Assembly (NCBI GenBank): GCA_944390035.1 | Contig: CALXOP010000113.1 | Coordinates: 1-51,216, forward strand | DNA length: 51,216 nucleotides | DNA from: an uncultured Alphaproteobacteria bacterium | GTDB lineage: Bacteria > Pseudomonadota > Alphaproteobacteria > RF32 > CAG-239 | Direction: 5' to 3' | In this document: positions 37,249 through 46,431 of the stretch, piece by piece | Position numbering within the stretch: the stretch's first letter is position 1 | Layout: every line of letters begins with the position of its first letter | The notes under the pieces: generated by a model | What the model saw: only the letters and a program-made list of their open reading frames with translations | The model's database searches: none | Told to the model about the DNA's origin: nothing | Program-made: the position numbers and the translations under genes

Positions 37249-38526
37249 ATGGTTCTGGAAGATGCTAAATTTCAAGAACAAGATTTTGACACGAACGTAA
37301 ATCGGTCGTGGGCTTCCGAGTTTACTCTGGAAGGAACGACCTATGCGACAAGCTTGTTTTGGCAACCTTTACAGAACAAAGATGACCCTTATACGGAAGT
37401 CGAAGAAACAGCCGGCAGCGTTTTGGAGGGTGCAGACCTCTTTAGTATAAAACCGGGTAAAGCTCCTCAATTTGGTATTTGTGTTTCCCAAGAAGGCTAT
37501 AAAAACGGGACTTTGGCGGCTGCTGTTTCTTTATCAACGGCACTGTCGGACAGGTCTTCTTTTGTAGGTGTATTTAAAGTCAAAGAAGGATGGTGGTACA
37601 CCTGCGTTCGTAATGATATTATTCTTTCCGACGGTGATATGCTCTTCTTAAAAGAGGAAGATGCTAAAAACCAATTTATGTCAATGTTGGCGGTGCCGGA
37701 TTGGGGACGCAAAATTGCTCCGCCCGAGTGGGAAATTGAAGACACCGAATATCCTGACTTGGCAAAACTTCTACAAAGGGGGGCCAAAAGTAAATTACAA
37801 AAAATTAAAGCTCTCAGAGGCTCAAAATTATTTGCGGTTGTTGCCGTATCCGCTATCGTTGGGCTTTGGCTGCTTTATAGTATTGTAAGCAGTATCTTCT
37901 TATCTCCGCCTAAGCGTCCGATTATTGCACCTGTCAGACCCAAAATTGTTAAGCCTGTGGAACAGCCACCGGAAATTAAACCTTGGGAAAAGTTAAAAAA
38001 CCCTTCGGAAGTTATGTTACAATGCAAAATGGGTGTTGACGCTTTACAACGTATTTTGCCACCGGGATGGAAAATTGGCGGTATCGCTTGCAGTGATTCA
38101 TCCATTACAACGTCATGGAGACGAGAAGTCGGTCGTATCAGTTGGATTGATAAAGCTCTGACTAAGTCCGGTATTAATTTTTCCGGAAAGTCAGTTTCCG
38201 ATGACGGTAATACCGTGATGGTTTCGGTACCTTTTAATAAAATTGATATTATTTCTTCTCCCCCGCAGTATATGGGAGTTGACCTCAAGAATGTCTTAAA
38301 TAATATGTTCCAGGCTATCGGACAGGATATTTCTTTACAAAGTTTTTCTTATACATCACCGAGAAAGAACGTTTATCGGTCTATTAAATTTCAATTTAAA
38401 TCTTTGCAAAATCCTGCAGTTTGGAATGATTTATTAATAAAATTTTCAGGACTTGAGATTAATAGTATTAAGTATGACGTAAATTCAAAAATGTGGCATT
38501 ATGAAGGAGCAATCTATGTCTTATAA
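37249..38526 (+). CDS. PilO-like type IVb pilus accessory protein (425 aa, single central TM)
   Basis: It lies between the pilN-like and pilP-like genes. It has an N-terminal cytoplasmic domain, the TM helix LFAVVAVSAIVGLWLLYSIV at about aa 195-215, and a periplasmic C-domain. The assignment rests on synteny and architecture only. Confidence 0.5.
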   Translation: MVLEDAKFQEQDFDTNVNRSWASEFTLEGTTYATSLFWQPLQNKDDPYTEVEETAGSVLEGADLFSIKPGKAPQFGICVSQEGYKNGTLAAAVSLSTALSDRSSFVGVFKVKEGWWYTCVRNDIILSDGDMLFLKEEDAKNQFMSMLAVPDWGRKIAPPEWEIEDTEYPDLAKLLQRGAKSKLQKIKALRGSKLFAVVAVSAIVGLWLLYSIVSSIFLSPPKRPIIAPVRPKIVKPVEQPPEIKPWEKLKNPSEVMLQCKMGVDALQRILPPGWKIGGIACSDSSITTSWRREVGRISWIDKALTKSGINFSGKSVSDDGNTVMVSVPFNKIDIISSPPQYMGVDLKNVLNNMFQAIGQDISLQSFSYTSPRKNVYRSIKFQFKSLQNPAVWNDLLIKFSGLEINSIKYDVNSKMWHYEGAIYVL

Positions 38527-40012
38527 TATAAAATATAAATCTTGCTTTGCAGCTATGGCACTGGTTCTGGCCTTAACGCCTAGTCAAAAGGCTTGGGCTG
38601 TTCTTCCTTTAGATGCCGAACAAAATAGTCCAACGATTGTTCCGTTAATTCCTGATGAAATTGCGCTTAACGACAATTCAAATGCCGATGCCTTATTGAC
38701 ACCTCCTACTCTTAACGGAAAAAAAGATGTTCCTGACGAGATTCCTTTAGATGCGGGAAAAAATAATGAAACGGATATTCAGGATTTGAAATTACCAAAC
38801 TTGAATCCGACAACAGCAGAAACAGCTCCTGCACAGCAGCCTCAGCCATTAAATGCTGGGGGTAAGTCTTTACCGGCAGCAAAATTAGATGCAGGAAAGA
38901 ACAAATCTCCTACTCCGGCGTCATCTCCGACAGACACTAATGCTGCTAAATTTCAGCAATTGCAATTAATGAAGCAACAAGCTACCTCGCCTGAAAGCAA
39001 CAATTTTGGGGAAGCTATTTTGTCTCAAATTGATAATGATTTATTTAATCAAATGTCTGATTTGGAAAAACAAACCAGCTTGCTCAGCTTGGAATTACGC
39101 CGCGAAAAAGTTAAAAATGAAATTGAGGCTCTAAAAGCTGCAAGACAAAAATCTATTGATGAAGCAAATGCTAAAAAAGAAGAAAAAGAGCGTAAAAAAC
39201 AAGAATGGGAACAAGAACAACAACGCAAACTTTTAATAGAAGAACAAAAGCTAAAAGCTCTTAATTTAACTTATGAAAAACTACGCCAAGAAAATATTAT
39301 CAAAGCCTATAAGGAAGAAATGCTCGCTACAAACCAAAAATGGATTGATAATAACATGAATTTATATGGCGAAATTGCAAAAATTGAAGAAAATCGCGAT
39401 AAATTAATCAATGACTTGAAATTAAAGCTAAATTATTTATTGCAACTATCGGCTAAGGCTTCTGAAGCCGCCGAGACGGCTAAGAAAAATTACAGTCGAG
39501 AATTATCAAACCTGCAAACACAAGTCTCTATTTTGAAGTCTCGTTTGGAGGCTGAAAAACAAGCTCGCGTAGAAATAAATACGGCCAGCAAAGATAAGAC
39601 AAATCCTTTTGCCTCTCTTTCTGAAGAAGACAAAAAAGATGTCAATAAGAGTCAAAAATTGTCGGATGAATACGCTATTATGGAAATTCGCGGTAAAGGC
39701 AGCGATTTGTCTGCTAAGTTGATTAATAAAAGCGGGTCATCCTTCTTGGTTCAAAAAGGAACAGTTTTGCAGACAGGACATACGGTCGATGAAATTTCTC
39801 AAACTTATGTGACCGCATCTAAAGACGGTAAAAAAGAATATCTTTATTTTGCAGCAGGCGGAGTCTTGGACAGAGAGCCTAAGGCGGTTTCTCCGGCTTT
39901 GTCCGGAGGAATAACTCCTTTGCCTCAAAAATCCGGGAAACTAGATGCCTTGCCGTCTTTGAGTGCAAATCAGGGATTGCCAAGCCTACGCTCAGGAATG
40001 TTTGTTAGGTAA
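38516..40012 (+). CDS. PilP-like pilus biogenesis protein with long coiled-coil insert
   Basis: AAGGAG lies 7 nt before the ATG at 38516. Signal peptide (..SQKAWA). A Pro-rich region is followed by a ~200-aa Lys/Glu coiled coil. The C-terminal EYAIMEIRGKGSDLSAKLINKSGSSFLVQKGTVLQTGHTVDEISQTYV fits the PilP C-domain pattern. Confidence 0.5.
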   Translation: MSYNIKYKSCFAAMALVLALTPSQKAWAVLPLDAEQNSPTIVPLIPDEIALNDNSNADALLTPPTLNGKKDVPDEIPLDAGKNNETDIQDLKLPNLNPTTAETAPAQQPQPLNAGGKSLPAAKLDAGKNKSPTPASSPTDTNAAKFQQLQLMKQQATSPESNNFGEAILSQIDNDLFNQMSDLEKQTSLLSLELRREKVKNEIEALKAARQKSIDEANAKKEEKERKKQEWEQEQQRKLLIEEQKLKALNLTYEKLRQENIIKAYKEEMLATNQKWIDNNMNLYGEIAKIEENRDKLINDLKLKLNYLLQLSAKASEAAETAKKNYSRELSNLQTQVSILKSRLEAEKQARVEINTASKDKTNPFASLSEEDKKDVNKSQKLSDEYAIMEIRGKGSDLSAKLINKSGSSFLVQKGTVLQTGHTVDEISQTYVTASKDGKKEYLYFAAGGVLDREPKAVSPALSGGITPLPQKSGKLDALPSLSANQGLPSLRSGMFVR

Positions 40013-40019
40013 GTTTTAA

Positions 40020-41681
40020 ATGGCAGAAGAAGACAACGAAGAAGCAACTGAAAACAGCAGCAAAGCATCCGGACAGGTTATCGGGGCTTCTGATGCTGAT
40101 GGTCCTAAAAAAACTAATATTATTGAGGACCTTTTCAGTAACGGAAATAAGCTCCTGACTTTACCAAACTCCTCGTTGGTAATTAATGATGATACCAGAC
40201 GTTTGCTGGCCCTATTTGCTGATGGGCGTTTTTTGGTCGTGGAATCACATAAATTTGATGGACGTGTTTTAAGTTTTGAAGTCTTAGCCCGCAAAAAACA
40301 CTTAAATCTAAGCAAACCGACTTACGTTAGCCAAAACGAAATCAATGCTATTTATGCCTACGGAGAACGTGCCCAACCCCTTTCAAACATTGAAGGCGAT
40401 GAAGACTTAGACCAACTGCAAATGCAGAAGGACTTTGTTAATGTAGTGGCACGTGCCGCAGCAATGAAAGTGTCAGATGTTCACGTTGTGGTTGCAGACA
40501 GTACGCAGATTATGTTTCGTGTTAACGGTATGATGCAAACGGTGATGGAGTATAACAAAGATTGGGGTGAATCTTTTGTGCGTGCGGCATTTGCTTCGGC
40601 TGATATTTCCGATTCAAACTATGCTCAAAACGAATTCCAAGGTGCGCAAAAATTGGGTTCAACCCCTTTGCGCGGCTCCAAAGGAAAATTAATGCTGCCA
40701 CATAATGTGTTGGCTATTCGTTTGCAATTTAACCCGATTGCGTTTGGTTCTCAATATTTGGTTATGCGTTTATTGTATGCCGACGAAAACCCAGACGGCA
40801 GCGGTGACTTACAAGCTCTCGGGTTTGGCGAATATGAAGAAAATTTGTTTTATCGCTTGCGTGCTGTTCCTACCGGATTAAGCGTTATTGCCGGACCGAC
40901 GGGGTCAGGAAAATCAACCACTTTGCAACGCAATATGATTAAGCTGTTGCAAGAAAAAAATTATGAAATTAACCTAATTACGGTGGAAGACCCTCCGGAA
41001 TACCCAATTCCTGGAGCAAGACAAATGCCGGTGACCAACGCAAATACCGAAGAAGAAAAAGCTGAAATGTTTACCAAGGCTCTTTCAGCTGCTTTGCGTT
41101 CCGACCCGGACGTTATGATGGTGGGTGAAACACGTGCGCTGGCAACAGCCGAATTAACCTTCAAAGGCGCCCTTTCAGGTCACGGCGTTTGGACAACTTT
41201 GCACGCCAACAGTGCGCCGGCCATTATTACACGTTTAAGAGATATGGGAATTCAACCTTATATGTTGGCAGATCCAGAATTGGTAAAGGGTTTAATTTCA
41301 CAACGTTTATTCAGAAAACTTTGCCCTCATTGCCGTGTGTCCGTCAAAGAAAAACTCAATGACCCAGCCGTTAAGAGACTTAAAGTTGCTCTCGGGGATT
41401 TTGGTATTGAAAACACCTTTGTACGCGGTCCGGGCTGCAAATTTTGTGATAATAAGGGAATTAAAGGACGTATGTGTGTGCCGGAAATTATTTTGCCGGA
41501 TGCCGTGTTCTTAGAATTGATGATTGCCGGCGAAACCAGAAAGGCTATTGACTATTGGACCAGTGATTTAAACGGTCGACCGTTAAAAGATGCCGCAATT
41601 GAAAGAATGCTAAAAGGTTATATTGATTTAGACGAGGTTGAACGTTGGTGCGGCTTACTTGACCAACGCCCATCTTATTAG
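40020..41681 (+). CDS. pilQ: GspE/PilB-family assembly ATPase (PilQ of R64-type clusters)
   Basis: Walker A GPTGSGKSTT, VEDPPEY, MVGETR and TLHAN are all present, as is a tetra-Cys motif (CPHC...CKFC). Confidence 0.85.
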   Translation: MAEEDNEEATENSSKASGQVIGASDADGPKKTNIIEDLFSNGNKLLTLPNSSLVINDDTRRLLALFADGRFLVVESHKFDGRVLSFEVLARKKHLNLSKPTYVSQNEINAIYAYGERAQPLSNIEGDEDLDQLQMQKDFVNVVARAAAMKVSDVHVVVADSTQIMFRVNGMMQTVMEYNKDWGESFVRAAFASADISDSNYAQNEFQGAQKLGSTPLRGSKGKLMLPHNVLAIRLQFNPIAFGSQYLVMRLLYADENPDGSGDLQALGFGEYEENLFYRLRAVPTGLSVIAGPTGSGKSTTLQRNMIKLLQEKNYEINLITVEDPPEYPIPGARQMPVTNANTEEEKAEMFTKALSAALRSDPDVMMVGETRALATAELTFKGALSGHGVWTTLHANSAPAIITRLRDMGIQPYMLADPELVKGLISQRLFRKLCPHCRVSVKEKLNDPAVKRLKVALGDFGIENTFVRGPGCKFCDNKGIKGRMCVPEIILPDAVFLELMIAGETRKAIDYWTSDLNGRPLKDAAIERMLKGYIDLDEVERWCGLLDQRPSY

Positions 41682-41691
41682 GAGTTGACTT

Positions 41692-42813
41692 ATGGCACAA
41701 GAAGAAAAAAGACATTCGGATGCGCTTACCAAAGCGATGAAAAAAGTCGGAGCAATTGAAATTCAATATGCTAAGCTCATCACTAAAATGTCAAACAAGA
41801 CACGCCTTAAAATGTATCGAAAGATTGCATCTTTGATGTCTAACCGCTTTTCTTTAATGGATGCTCTTGATTTGTTGTATGATGGGGCGAGCAACGGCGG
41901 AAGAAACCCGAGCGAGCCGATTGCAATTGCTATCGCCGCTTGGTCTAAGTCTTTGCAAAACGGTTTAACCTTTGCGGAAGCACTCAAAGGCTGGGCCCCG
42001 GCGCGCGAAAGATTAATGCTCTCAACCGGTGATGTATCAAACCTTGAAAGTGCTTTACTCAACCTTATCAAAGTAACTGAAGGAACGACTAAGATGGTTC
42101 GACCGATTGTCGGCGCAATTGCTTATCCTTCGTTCTTGATGTTTATGGCGGTTTTAATTTTGTATGGTATCGGAGCTTACATGGTGCCGCCGATGCAAGA
42201 TGCCGCTCCGAACGTTCGCTGGCGTGGAAGTGCAAAAACTTTGGTCGATATTTCAGATTGGATTAGAACTTATTGGCAAGTTGCCTTTGCCGCCTTGCCG
42301 ATTACCATGTTAGTGATTTATGCTACCATTGGTATTTGGACAGGATTTATTCGTTCTTTCTTTGATAGCTTGCCACCTTGGTCTTTGTACAAAGTGTTTA
42401 CCGGTATTAGCTGGTTGTTGGCAATGTCGGCATTGGTTAAAAGCGGAACGCCGGTTTCGACTTCTTTGCAGGCCCTGCGGCGCGATGCTAACCCATACTT
42501 GAGAGAAAGAATCGATAAAACTTTGGTGTTTGTTAATAACGGTGATAACCTCGGTCAAGCCTTGGAAAAAACAGGCCTGGAGTTTCCGGATAGGGAAATT
42601 ATTGCAGACTTGAAAGTTTACTCAGAACTTGATAACTTTGAAGAAGCCATGGATAAGCTCGCAAATGAGTGGCTGGAAGATTCCGTTTATATTATTGAAC
42701 AAAAAGCCAGCGTTTTGAATATGATAGCCTTGCTTTCGGTGGGCGGTATTATTGCTTGGGCCGTTATGGGCGTATTTGATATGCAAGACCAAATCACAAG
42801 TGCAATGGGGTAA
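41692..42813 (+). CDS. pilR: GspF/PilC-family inner-membrane platform protein (PilR of R64-type clusters)
   Basis: 373 aa. It has two repeats of a cytoplasmic helical domain plus TM helices (IVGAIAYPSFLMFMAVLILYGIGAY; LPITMLVIYATIGIW; MIALLSVGGIIAWAVMG). AGGAG SD sequence upstream. Confidence 0.8.
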   Translation: MAQEEKRHSDALTKAMKKVGAIEIQYAKLITKMSNKTRLKMYRKIASLMSNRFSLMDALDLLYDGASNGGRNPSEPIAIAIAAWSKSLQNGLTFAEALKGWAPARERLMLSTGDVSNLESALLNLIKVTEGTTKMVRPIVGAIAYPSFLMFMAVLILYGIGAYMVPPMQDAAPNVRWRGSAKTLVDISDWIRTYWQVAFAALPITMLVIYATIGIWTGFIRSFFDSLPPWSLYKVFTGISWLLAMSALVKSGTPVSTSLQALRRDANPYLRERIDKTLVFVNNGDNLGQALEKTGLEFPDREIIADLKVYSELDNFEEAMDKLANEWLEDSVYIIEQKASVLNMIALLSVGGIIAWAVMGVFDMQDQITSAMG

Positions 42814-42817
42814 TATT

Positions 42818-43417
42818 ATGGAAAAAATCAAACAATATTTATTCTTGTTCAAACAAAAGATTTTATCCAATCCGATTTGGGGAAAGTTGGGGCAAAAAAT
42901 CATTATTACAACAACCCTGATTACGGCTCTTTTGGTTGGAATTTTGGCTTGGATTATTCGGCCTAATCCAGAAATTAATCAAGCTGCCGTACAATTAGCT
43001 CAAATGGCTAACAATATTCGTCTGTTTTATCAGACAAAACCCGGATACTGGGGCTTAAGTACCGATAGTGTCATCAAAAATAATCTTTATGCCGCCAATA
43101 TGTTTAAAGAAGGGAAACTTTACAATGCCTTTGATAAACCCGTTATTGTCGGGCAAGACACCGAAGGAAATATTGTTATGCCCGGAAGTCGAAATTTTAT
43201 GGTGACTTTTCCCGAACTCAGCAAAAAAGAGTGTACGGCAATGGCTGCATTTAAGCTCAATGAAAGAGAAACCCTAAGCCTTTTACAAATGGTGATTCTA
43301 ACCGAAGGACAAAGATTTGACTTTACCTGGGGTGGGGCAAACCCTCTGCCCGTCACAAAAACCGAGGCCGCGAAATTTTGTGGAGATAAAAATACTGTGG
43401 CATGGAGCTTTGAATAA
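42818..43417 (+). CDS. Type IVb pilin-like protein, non-canonical leader (PilS position)
   Basis: An in-frame ATG at 42818 lies just after the pilR stop. There is a ~25-aa leader ending ..WGKLG, then the hydrophobic helix QKIIITTTLITALLVGILAWII with no Glu at +5. A C-terminal Cys pair (KKECTAM...AAKFCGD) resembles a pilin D-region. Confidence 0.45.
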   Translation: MEKIKQYLFLFKQKILSNPIWGKLGQKIIITTTLITALLVGILAWIIRPNPEINQAAVQLAQMANNIRLFYQTKPGYWGLSTDSVIKNNLYAANMFKEGKLYNAFDKPVIVGQDTEGNIVMPGSRNFMVTFPELSKKECTAMAAFKLNERETLSLLQMVILTEGQRFDFTWGGANPLPVTKTEAAKFCGDKNTVAWSFE

Positions 43418-43510
43418 CTGAAATTTGTAACAAAAGATTAAATAAATTTTATTCTTTTTGATGTTAGACTAGCAGTTATTGTTATAAGTGTTTTGGTTTA
43501 AGAGGAAATA

Positions 43511-44473
43511 ATGGTTAAATTAAGCGAAGTTTTGTTTTCAGATATTTATATTACGCCGGAAAAGGTAGCTTATATTCCGGATAATGTTACACCTAACGGC
43601 TTGGAAATTTTAAAAGCTGACGATTTTGATGACTTTTTTGAATTGCTGGAACAATCTTGGGATGGTTCAAACCCTAGTTATTCCGTCGTATTTGATAACG
43701 TCTTTTACCGTGTGGAAAGAACAGTGGCTATTTACGGAATTCAATATTGCGCTCGTAAGATGCCAAAACAAGTTCCCCCGTTCAACAGCTTAGGCTATCC
43801 GGTTGAATTGTCACAATATTTACTCTCGCTTAGCAATGCTTCCGGTTTAATTTTGTGCGGCGGGCCAACCGGTGCCGGTAAAACAACCACAATTTCCAGC
43901 TTGCTTAAAGAATTTTTGACAATGGAAGGCGGATTTGCCTATACAATTGAAGACCCAACCGAAATGCCTTTGGACGGCGTTTATCACTCTGTGGCCGGAG
44001 GGCTTGGACTTTGCAAACAAACTCTGCCGCCAAACGGTATGTGGGGTGAAGGATTAAAATCGGCTTTGCGTTCTAAGCCTCGTTTTATTTTGGTGGGAGA
44101 AATTCGTACGCCTGATACGGCGAGTGAGGTTTTGCGTGCGGCAACGTCAGGCCACTTGGTATTATCTACCATTCACGCCAATAATATTACCGATGCCATT
44201 AACTCGGTTGTAAAATATGCCTCATCTACCTCCATGAGTGAGGAATTGGCTTATGATTTGTTTTCACGCGGTATGCTTGGCGTTTTGCACCAAACATTAA
44301 TGGGCGTTAAAGATAAGAAACCTTTGGTCAGCTATTTGTTTGCTAATCCGGATTCTACCAAAGGCGACCAAGTTCGTGGTATTATTAAAGGCGGAAAGCT
44401 CAACCTTGCAACATCAATTGAAACGCAGATGACGCGTATGGCGCGAGGGAAAAATATTTTTCCAGAATTATAA
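43511..44473 (+). CDS. PilT/DotB-type (short GspE-superfamily) hexameric ATPase
   Basis: 320 aa. Walker A GGPTGAGKTTT, IEDPTE, LVGEIR and STIHAN are present. It lacks the N-terminal extension and the Zn motif. AGAGGA SD sequence upstream. Confidence 0.8.
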   Translation: MVKLSEVLFSDIYITPEKVAYIPDNVTPNGLEILKADDFDDFFELLEQSWDGSNPSYSVVFDNVFYRVERTVAIYGIQYCARKMPKQVPPFNSLGYPVELSQYLLSLSNASGLILCGGPTGAGKTTTISSLLKEFLTMEGGFAYTIEDPTEMPLDGVYHSVAGGLGLCKQTLPPNGMWGEGLKSALRSKPRFILVGEIRTPDTASEVLRAATSGHLVLSTIHANNITDAINSVVKYASSTSMSEELAYDLFSRGMLGVLHQTLMGVKDKKPLVSYLFANPDSTKGDQVRGIIKGGKLNLATSIETQMTRMARGKNIFPEL

Positions 44474-44486
44474 TCATTATCATCGT

Positions 44487-44515
44487 AAAAAAGCTCCGTT
44501 AAGGAGCTTTTTTTA
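44487..44515. terminator. Bidirectional intrinsic terminator (pilus operon / gpt convergent)
   Basis: A6, then the stem GCTCC / GGAGC with a GTTAA loop region, then T7. It overlaps the gpt stop codon. Confidence 0.7.
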
Positions 44516-44944
44516 TAAATCCCAAGGAAAAACTATCCATTTATCCGGCATTTCGGAGGTATAAAAATCCACAAAAGATTTTCCTTTTGACTTGGCATAT
44601 ACTGCAGCGAAATGAGCGTTTGGGAATTCTTGTCTCAAGAGGCGAAAGGTATTGCCGGTATCCGATAAGTCATCAATCACAATGGTATGCTCATCCACCT
44701 CTCCTACAAAACTTTTGATGTCTATATCGGTTTTGGAGCGTTGTTTTTCTCCGTCGTATGAACTCATATTTACAACTTCAACATTGCGAATATCTAATTC
44801 ATAAGCCAAAATTCCGGCCGGTAACAACCCACCGCGGCTAACGGCAACTATTTTAGTCCAAGGGCCGTTTTCCTTTAATTTTACCGCTAATTGCTTGGCA
44901 TGTTGATGAAAGTCTTCCCAGCTGATATATAATTTTTCGGTCAT
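44513..44944 (-). CDS. gpt: Xanthine-guanine phosphoribosyltransferase
   Basis: 143 aa. It is collinear with E. coli Gpt as I recall it: ..ISWEDFHQHAKQLA..IVAVSRGGLLPAGILAYELDIRNV..SSYD..VIDDLSDTGNT..FPWD. Confidence 0.9.
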   Translation of the reverse strand: MTEKLYISWEDFHQHAKQLAVKLKENGPWTKIVAVSRGGLLPAGILAYELDIRNVEVVNMSSYDGEKQRSKTDIDIKSFVGEVDEHTIVIDDLSDTGNTFRLLRQEFPNAHFAAVYAKSKGKSFVDFYTSEMPDKWIVFPWDL

Positions 44945-45484
44945 TTAATTTGCTTTCTTGTTTTGTTGTGCTTTGATTTTGTAAATATATTCAATGACAT
45001 CATCATCATCCCAATCGGCAGAACCGCGAATGCGACCGATTTCTTTTCCATTATTTACCAAAACGGTATTGGGTGAAGTGAAGATTCCTAAATCGGCGGA
45101 CAAATCCCCTTTTTTATCAACATAAAAATCTAAATCTTGGGCATGAAAACGCTCCAAAAACTTTTGTTGCTCTTCAATGCCGTTCCACTCACTGGCCGGT
45201 GAGATAATCACCACTTTTATGCCGTTTTCACTGACTTTTTTGCTGAATTCGTTCAAATCGTCCAATTCTCGAATGCATGGACTGCAATGTCGGGACCAAA
45301 AATTGGCTATCACAAATTGTTCGGGAAAATCCGATAATTTATAGGCCTCACCATCTTCAGTATAGCGATAAACCGCTCTATCCGGCAAAGCACGCGGCTC
45401 AGGATAAATATTTACCGGTTCGGGATTGCCCCAGCCTCCCAGGGCAATAACAGAAAAAACTATGTAAAGTAACTTTTTTGCCAT
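44945..45484 (-). CDS. TlpA/ResA-like periplasmic thioredoxin-fold protein
   Basis: Signal/anchor sequence. FWSRHCSPCIREL (CxxC active site). Thioredoxin-like layout. Its stop abuts the gpt start. Confidence 0.75.
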   Translation of the reverse strand: MAKKLLYIVFSVIALGGWGNPEPVNIYPEPRALPDRAVYRYTEDGEAYKLSDFPEQFVIANFWSRHCSPCIRELDDLNEFSKKVSENGIKVVIISPASEWNGIEEQQKFLERFHAQDLDFYVDKKGDLSADLGIFTSPNTVLVNNGKEIGRIRGSADWDDDDVIEYIYKIKAQQNKKAN

Positions 45485-45580
45485 CTGCCTATTAATAACT
45501 GAGTTTTAGTTTTTGTATTTCGCTTTGTTTGAGAGTATATATTTATATATTTTCCTATTTGACAACAAAAAGGTTAAAAA

Positions 45581-45715
45581 ATGAAAAATTTTTGTAAATT
45601 AATCTCGATTTTAGTGTGTGCCTTTTTGGTATTGCAATTAAGCGGGTGCGGAAAAGTATCTAACCCCGAACCGATTGAGGGCAGCGGATATCCGCATAAC
45701 TATCCCCGCTATTAA
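45581..45715 (+). CDS. Small lipoprotein (44 aa), not in the supplied ORF track
   Basis: ATG at 45581. Translation: MKNFCKLISILVCAFLVLQLSGCGKVSNPEPIEGSGYPHNYPRY, stop at 45713-45715. Classical lipobox LSGC. It is reminiscent of YifL/LptM-type mini-lipoproteins, an uncertain assignment. Confidence 0.5.
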   Translation: MKNFCKLISILVCAFLVLQLSGCGKVSNPEPIEGSGYPHNYPRY

Positions 45716-45738
45716 AAAAAGGATTTACAAGGAGTTAA

Positions 45739-46431
45739 ATGATGGCTGACGATAATCAATTTGTTGATGAGATGATTCCTTATGTGGAGTTTGCAGATAA
45801 TGCAAATGAACGCACCCCTTGCGTTTTGGTGTTGGACTGCTCGGGGTCTATGCGCGGCGAGCCAATCAAGCAACTCAATGCCGGACTGAAAGCTCTGGAA
45901 AAGGAGTTAAAAGAAGATATTGATGCCAGCTCACGGGTGCAACTTTTGATTATTAAAGCCTTCGGAAAAGATGAGGCCGTTGTTTCTTCGGATTGGATTG
46001 ACGCCATGAATTTTACCGCTCCGACTATGGAAGCCGGTGGTTTGACTCCTCTCGGAAAAGCTATGGAACTGGCTTTGCAAAAAATTGAAGAGCAAAAATG
46101 CCTTTATGACAGTTGCGGTATTACCTCTAAGAGACCGTGGATTTTTCTTATCAGCGACGGTGAACCCACCGATTATGACTGGGAAATCGTGGCAGAAAAA
46201 TGCCGCTATGCTCAGCAAAACAAAAAAGTGGTGATTCATGCCGTCGGCACACAAGGGGCTAATTTGGAAAAGCTGGCAAAATTCTCTTTAATGGCGCCAA
46301 AACGCTTAACCGGCTTGAAATTTACCGAATTTTTCTTGTGGCTCAGCCGAAGCGTCTCTTGTATTTCAAAGGCGGCTCCGAATGTTCCCGACTTATTGGA
46401 AGACACCGGAGATTGGGATGAAGACAAGTAA
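45739..46431 (+). CDS. von Willebrand factor A domain protein (TerY-like)
   Basis: MIDAS motif VLVLDCSGSM, then ..GGLTPLG.. and FLISDGEPTD. AAGGAG SD sequence upstream. Confidence 0.85.
   Translation: MMADDNQFVDEMIPYVEFADNANERTPCVLVLDCSGSMRGEPIKQLNAGLKALEKELKEDIDASSRVQLLIIKAFGKDEAVVSSDWIDAMNFTAPTMEAGGLTPLGKAMELALQKIEEQKCLYDSCGITSKRPWIFLISDGEPTDYDWEIVAEKCRYAQQNKKVVIHAVGTQGANLEKLAKFSLMAPKRLTGLKFTEFFLWLSRSVSCISKAAPNVPDLLEDTGDWDEDK

Noticed and set aside
40016-40315. 99-aa minus-strand ORF at the start of the GspE-type ATPase gene (similar cases: 37875..38288, 36156..36527, 41763..42071)
   Set aside because: They are antisense to well-supported plus-strand genes in a tightly packed operon, with no independent signals.
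3393-44473. Interpreting the T4SS plus thin-pilus region as a conjugative plasmid, integrative conjugative element (ICE) or other mobile element
   Set aside because: I could recognise no relaxase, coupling protein, integrase, transposase, replication or partition gene, and no flanking direct repeats, in the window. The neighbours (gpt, tlpA-like, gloA) are housekeeping genes. Mobility therefore cannot be supported from this sequence.
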